From positions 8,804,001 through 8,868,000 of the forward strand of contig OZ059900.1 of assembly GCA_964057225.1 (NCBI GenBank): a stretch of 64,000 nt of DNA, read 5' to 3'. Position numbers and translations under genes: made by a program. Positions 57,765-64,000 of the stretch are shown here, piece by piece; position 1 is the first letter of the stretch; the number at the start of each line of letters is the position of its first letter. Source of the stretch: Auanema rhodensis. Taxonomy: Eukaryota; Animalia; Nematoda. The notes beneath the pieces are model-generated. The model did not search any database, was not told the DNA's origin, and worked only from the letters and a program-made list of their open reading frames with translations.

Positions 57765-60721
57765 CCAAAAACCAATAATTCTTGATATTTTCGGTCCTTT
57801 TTGACCAAAGTGGTTGAAATTGAACATATATATGTAAAAATAGTCAAAGATTATGAATCCTGATTTTCAAATCCATATCTCAAAGGGTCTGATCAAAACA
57901 TACAGTTTTCACATGTTTTGTACCCAGAATCGTTGAATATATGGCGTTTTGAGCATAAAAAGGCCCATATTTCAATCAGTTTTGATATTCGTGCAAAATA
58001 CACCTATATGAACATTCTATGACATTATTTCATAAATTTAGTCGTTTTAGAAGAAAAAAATATGCTTAAGATCAAAAGTTTGAGTGATTTTGCCAAAATG
58101 CCCTTCAAACCCCAAAAAACCAATAATTCTTGATATTTTCGGTCCTTTTTGACCAAAGTGGTTAAAATTGAACATATATATGTTAAAATAGTCAAAGTTT
58201 ATAAATCCTGAATTTCAAATCCATATCTCAAAGGGTCTGATCTAAACATACAGTTTTCACATGTTTTGTACCCAAAATCGTTGAATATATGGCGTTTTGA
58301 GCATAAAAAGGCCCATATTTCAATCAGTTTTGATATTCGTGCAAAATACACCTATATAAACATTCTATGACAGTATTTCATAAATTTAGTCGTTTTAGAA
58401 GAAAAAAATATGCTTAAGATCAAAAGTTTGAGTGATTTTGCCAAAATGCCCTTCAAACCCCAAAAAACCAATAATTCTTGATATTTTCGGTCCTTTTTGA
58501 CCAAAGTGGTTAAAATTGAACATATATATGTTAAAATAGTCAAAGTTTATAAATCCTGAATTTCAAATCCATATCTCAAAGGGTCTGATCAAAACATACA
58601 GTTTTCACATGTTTTGTACCCAGAATCGTTGAATATATGGCGTTTTGAGCATAAAAAGGCCCATATTTCAATCAGTTTTGATATTCGTGCAAAATACACC
58701 TATATGAACATTCTATGACATTATTTCATATATTTAGTCGTTTTAGAAAAAAAAATATGCTTAAGATCAAAAGTTTGACTGATTTTGCCAACATGCCCTT
58801 CAAACCCCAAAAAACCAATAATTCTTGATATTTTCGGTCCTTTTTGACCAAAGTGGTTGAAATTGAACATATATATGTAAAAATAGTCAAAGATTATGAA
58901 TCCTGATTTTCAAATCCATATCTCAAAGGGTCTGATCAAAACATACAGTTTTCACATGTTTTGTACCCAAAATCGTTGAATATATGGCGTTTTGAGCATA
59001 AAAAGGCCCATATTTCAATCAGTTTTGATATTCGTGCAAAATACACCTATATGAACATTTTATGACAGTATTTCATATATTTAGTCGTTTTAGAAAAAAA
59101 AAATATGCTTAAGATCAAAATTTTGAGTGATTTTGCCAACATGCCCTTCAAACCCCAAAAAACCAATAATTCTTGATATTTTCGGTCCTTTTTGACCAAA
59201 GTGGTTGAAATTGAACATATATATGTAAAAATAGTCAAAGATTATGAATCCTGATTTTCAAATCCATATCTCAAAGGGTCTGATCAAAACATACAGTTTT
59301 CACATGTTTTGTACCCAAAATCGTTGAATATATGGCGTTTTGAGCATAAAAAGGCCCATATTTCAATCAGTTTTGATATTCGTGCAAAATACACCTATAT
59401 GAACATTTTATGACAGTATTTCATATATTTAGTCGTTTTAGAAAAAAAAAATATGCTTAAGATCAAAATTTTGAGTGATTTTGCCAACATGCCCTTCAAA
59501 CCCCAAAAAACCAATAATTCTTGATATTTTCGGTCCTTTTTGACCAAAGTGGTTGAAATTGAACATATATATGTTAAAATAGTCAAAGTTTATAAATCCT
59601 GAATTTCAAATCCATATCTCAAAGGGTCTGATCAAAACATACAGTTTTCACATGTTTTGTACCCAGAATCGTTGAATATATGGCGTTTTGAGCATAAAAA
59701 GGCCCATATTTCAATCAGTTTTGATATTCGTGCAAAATACACCTATATGAACATTCTATGACATTATTTCATATATTTAGTCGTTTTAGAAAAAAAAATA
59801 TGCTTAAGATCAAAAGTTTGACTGATTTTGCCAACATGCCCTTCAAACCCCAAAAAACCAATAATTCTTGATATTTTCGGTCCTTTTTGACCAAAGTGGT
59901 TGAAATTGAACATATATATGTAAAAATAGTCAAAGATTATGAATCCTGATTTTCAAATCCATATCTCAAAGGGTCTGATCAAAACATACAGTTTTCACAT
60001 GTTTTGTACCCAAAATCGTTGAATATATGGCGTTTTGAGCATAAAAAGGCCCATATTTCAATCAGTTTTGATATTCGTGCAAAATACACCTATATGAACA
60101 TTTTATGACAGTATTTCATATATTTAGTCGTTTTAGAAAAAAAAAATATGCTTAAGATCAAAATTTTGAGTGATTTTGCCAACATGCCCTTCAAACCCCA
60201 AAAAACCAATAATTCTTGATATTTTCGGTCCTTTTTGACCAAAGTGGTTGAAATTGAACATATATATGTAAAAATAGTCAAAGATTATGAATCCTGATTT
60301 TCAAATCCATATCTCAAAGGGTCTGATCAAAACATACAGTTTTCACATGTTTTGTACCCAAAATCGTTGAATATATGGCGTTTTGAGCATAAAAAGGCCC
60401 ATATTTCAATCAGTTTTGATATTCGTGCAAAATACACCTATATGAACATTTTATGACAGTATTTCATATATTTAGTCGTTTTAGAAGAAAAAAATATGCT
60501 TAAGATCAAAAGTTTGACTGATTTTGCCAAAATGCCCTTCAAACCCCAAAAAACCAATAATTCTTGATATTTTCGGTCCTTTTCGACCAAAGTGGTTAAA
60601 ATTGAACATGTATATGTTAAAATAGTCAAAGTTTATAAATCCTGAATTTCAAATCCATATCTCAAAGGGTCTGATCAAAACATACAGTTTTCACATGTTT
60701 TGTACCCAGAATCGTTGAATA

Positions 60722-63700
60722 GAAAATATCAAGAATTATTGGTTTTTTGGGGTTTGAAGGGCATTTTGGCAAAATCAGTCAAACTTTTGATCTTAAGCAT
60801 ATTTTTTTCTTCTAAAACGACTAAATGTATGAAATACTGTCAAAGAATGTTCATATAGGTGTATTTTGCACGAATATCAAAACTGATTGAAATATGGGCC
60901 TTTTTATGCTCAAAACGCCATATATTCAACGATTTTGGGTACAAAACATGTGAAAACTGTATGTTTTGATCAGACCCTTTGAGATATGGATTTGAAATTC
61001 AGGATTCATAAACTTTGACTATTTTTACATATATATGTTCAATTTTAACCACTTTGGTCAAAAAGGACCGAAAATATCAAGAATTTTTGGTTTTTTGGGG
61101 ATTGAAGGGCATTTTGGCAAAATCAGTCAAACTTTTGATCTTAAGCATATTTTTTTCTTCTAAAACGACTAAATGTATGGAATACTGTCATAGAATGTTG
61201 ATATAGGTGTATTTTGCACGAATATCGAAACTGATTGAAATATGGGCCTTTTTATGCTCAAAACGCCATATATTCAACGATTTTGGGTACAAAACATGTG
61301 AAAACTGTATGTTTTGATCAGACCCTTTGAGATATGGATTTGAAATTCAGGTTTCATAAACTTTGACTATTTTTACATATATATGTTCAATTTTAACCAC
61401 TTTGTTCAAAAAGGACCGAAAATATCAAGAATTATTGGTTTTTTGGGGTTTGAAGGGCATTTTGGCAAAATCAGTCAAACTTTTGATCTTAAGCATATTT
61501 TTTTCTTCTAAAACGATTAAATGTATGAAATACTGTCATAGAATGTTCATATAGGTGTATTTTGCACGAATATCAAAACTGATTGAAATATGGGCCTTTT
61601 TATGCTCAAAACGCCATATATTCAACGATTTTGGGTACAAAACATGTGAAAACTGTATGTTTTGATCAGACCCTTTGAGATATGGATTTGAAATTCAGGA
61701 TTCATAAACTTTGACTATTTTTACATATATATGTTCAATTTTAACCACTTTGGTCAAAAAGGACCGAAAATATCAAGAATTATTGGTTTTTTGGGGTTTG
61801 AAGGGCATTTTGGCAAAATCAGTCAAACTTTTAATCTTAAGCATATTTTTTTCTTCTAAAACGACTAAATGTATGTAATACTGTCATAGAATGTTCATAT
61901 AGGTGTATTTTGCACGATTATCAAAACTGATTGAAATATGGGCCTTTTTATGCTCAAAACGCCATATATTCAACGATTTTGGGTACAAAACATGTGAAAA
62001 CTGTATGTTTTGATCAGACCCTTTGAGATATGGATTTGAAATTCAGGATTCATAAACTTTGACTATTTTTACATATATATGTCCAATTTTAACCACTTTG
62101 GTCAAAAAGGACCGAAAATATCAAGAATTATTGGTTTTTTGGGGTTTGAAGGGCATTTTGGCTAAATCAGTCAAACTTTTGATCTTAAGCATATTTTTTT
62201 CTTCTAAAACGACTAAATGTATGGAATACTGTCATAGAATGTTGATATAAGTGTATTTTGCACGAATATCAAAACTGATTGAAATATGGGCCTTTTTATG
62301 CTCAAAACGCCATATATTCAACGATTTTGGTTACAAAACATGTGAAAACTGTATGTTTTGATCAGACCCTTTGAGATATGGATTTGGAATTCAGGATTCA
62401 TTAACTTTGACTATTTTCACATATATATGTTCAATTTTAACCACTTTGGTCAAAAAGGACCGAAAATATCAAGAATTATTGGTTTTTTGGGTTTGAAGGA
62501 CATTTTGGCTAAATCAGTCAAACTTTTGATCTTAAGCATATTTTTTTCTTCTAAAACGACTAAATGTATGAAATACTGTCATAGAATGTTCATATAGGTG
62601 TATGTTGCACGAATATCAAAACTGATTGAAATATGGGCCTTTTTAAGCTCAAAACGCCATATATTCAACGATTTTGGGTACAAAACATGTGAAAACTGTA
62701 TGTTTTGATCAGACCCTTTGAGATATGGATTTGAAATTCAGGATTCATAAACTTTGACTATTTTTACATATATATGTCCAATTTTAACCACTTTGGTCAA
62801 AAAGGACCGAAAATATCAAGAATTATTGGTTTTTTGGGGTTTGAAGGGCATTTTGGCAAAATCAGTCAAACTTTTGATCTTAAGCATATTTTTTTCTTCT
62901 AAAACGACTAAATGTATGAAATACTGTCAAAGAATGTTCATATAGGTGTATTTTGCACGAATATCAAAACTGATTGAAATATGGGCCTTTTTATGCTCAA
63001 AACGCCATATATTCAACGATTTTGGGTACAAAACATGTGAAAACTGTATGTTTTGATCAGACCCTTTGAGATATGGATTTGAAATTCAGGTTTCATAAAC
63101 TTTGACTATTTTTACATATATATGTTCAATTTTAACCACTTTGGTCAAAAAGGACCGAAAATATCAAGAATTATTGGTTTTTTGGGGTTTGAAGGGCATT
63201 TTGGCAAAATCAGTCAAACTTTTGATCTTAAGCATATTTTTTTCTTCTAAAACGACTAAATGTATAAAATACTGTCAAAGAATGTTCATATAGGTGTATT
63301 TTGCACGAATATCAAAACTGATTGAAATATGGGCCTTTTTATGCTCAAAACGCCATATATTCAACGATTTTGGGTACAAAACATGTGAAAACTGTATGTT
63401 TTGATCAGACCCTTTGAGATATGGATTTGAAATTCAGGATTCATAAACTTTGACTATTTTTACATATATATGACCAATTTTAACCACTTTGGTCAAAAAG
63501 GACCGAAAATATCAAGAATTATTGGTTTTTTGGGGTTTGAAGGGCATTTTGGCTAAATCAGTCAAACTTTTGATCTTAAGCATATTTTTTTCTTCTAAAA
63601 CGACTAAATGTATAAAATACTGTCATAGAATGTTCATATAGGTGTATTTTGCACGAATATCAAAACTGATTGAAATATGGGTCTTTTTATGCTCAAAACG

Positions 63701-64000
63701 CCTTATATTCAACGATTTTGGGTACAAAACATGTGAAAACTGTATGTTTTGATCAGACCCTTTGAGATATGGATTTGAAATTCAGGTTTCATAAACTTTG
63801 ACTATTTTTACATATATATGTTCAATTTTAACCACTTTGGTCAAAAAGGACCGAAAATATCAAGAATTATTGGTTTTTTGGGGTTTGAAGGGCATTTTGG
63901 CAAAATCAGTCAAACTTTTGATCTTAAGCATATTTTTTTCTTCTAAAACGACTAAATGTATAAAATACTGTCATAGAATGTTCATATAGGTGTATTTTGC
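60722..64000 (-). repeat. Same 348-bp satellite in reverse orientation (~9.4 monomers, continuing past the window end)
   Basis: After ...atcgttgaata (60721) the sequence reads gaaaatatcaagaattattgg..., the reverse complement of the monomer. The repeat-derived ORFs move to the + strand (61015, 61363, 62059...). Confidence 0.99.

Larger units (their letters stand above)
1..60721 (+). repeat. Tandem satellite array, 348-bp monomer, forward orientation (interrupted by four short inverted cassettes)
   Basis: The motif gggtctgatcaaaacatacagttttcacatg recurs at 64, 412, 760 and onward, and the ORF track steps by 348 bp. Monomers differ at only a few positions. 107/348 G+C in the first monomer. Strand label is arbitrary. 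Confidence 0.99.
44190..60721 (+). repeat. Domain dominated by a divergent monomer subfamily
   Basis: Variants not seen upstream appear here: aaagtacacc, cattttatg, atgttaaaata, tttataaatc, gaacttc, cccagaatc, gacattatt, catactatt, aacctcaaa, aagtagtt, catatagatg, cctaaacttcagatc, gatctaaac, tttgagtgatt. Upstream-type monomers are interspersed at about 49.2-50.6 and 53.4-53.9 kb. Confidence 0.9.

Noticed and set aside
47996-57804. Four 60-aa + strand ORFs with a novel C-terminus (FFFQKPIILDIFGPF)
   Set aside because: They are read-through across the right junction of the inverted cassette; useful as markers only.
1572-63989. About 100 near-identical 63/75/79-aa ORFs (MTIFTYIC...; MIRPFEIW...)
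   Set aside because: They are one chance frame per satellite monomer, with TTG starts. They are freely broken by stops, start loss and frameshifts, and show no recognisable domain.
1-64000. CRISPR array or other prokaryotic repeat system
   Set aside because: There are no unique spacers and no cas genes, and the whole 348-bp unit is repeated.

Overview
The whole 64-kb window is one AT-rich tandem satellite array (about 31% GC, hand-counted on the first monomer). The monomer is 348 bp and there are about 184 copies. It looks like a eukaryotic centromeric or pericentromeric satellite, but I cannot name the family or species. I found no genes, RNA genes, transposons, CRISPR spacers or unique sequence; every ORF in the track is a by-product of the repeat. 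The informative signal is the array's internal architecture: (1) nested higher-order repeats of 2, 3, 4, 5, 8, 13/17, 14 and 29 monomers, traced by diagnostic SNPs and indels; (2) a switch to a more divergent monomer subfamily from about 44.2 kb; (3) four copies of a ~424-bp inverted satellite cassette with identical junctions; (4) a full strand switch at 60721/60722, after which the monomers mirror those at ~38.8-41.7 kb rather than their neighbours, forming a large inverted duplication around a ~19-kb spacer; (5) a rare SNP shared by one forward and one inverted monomer, suggesting gene conversion between orientations.
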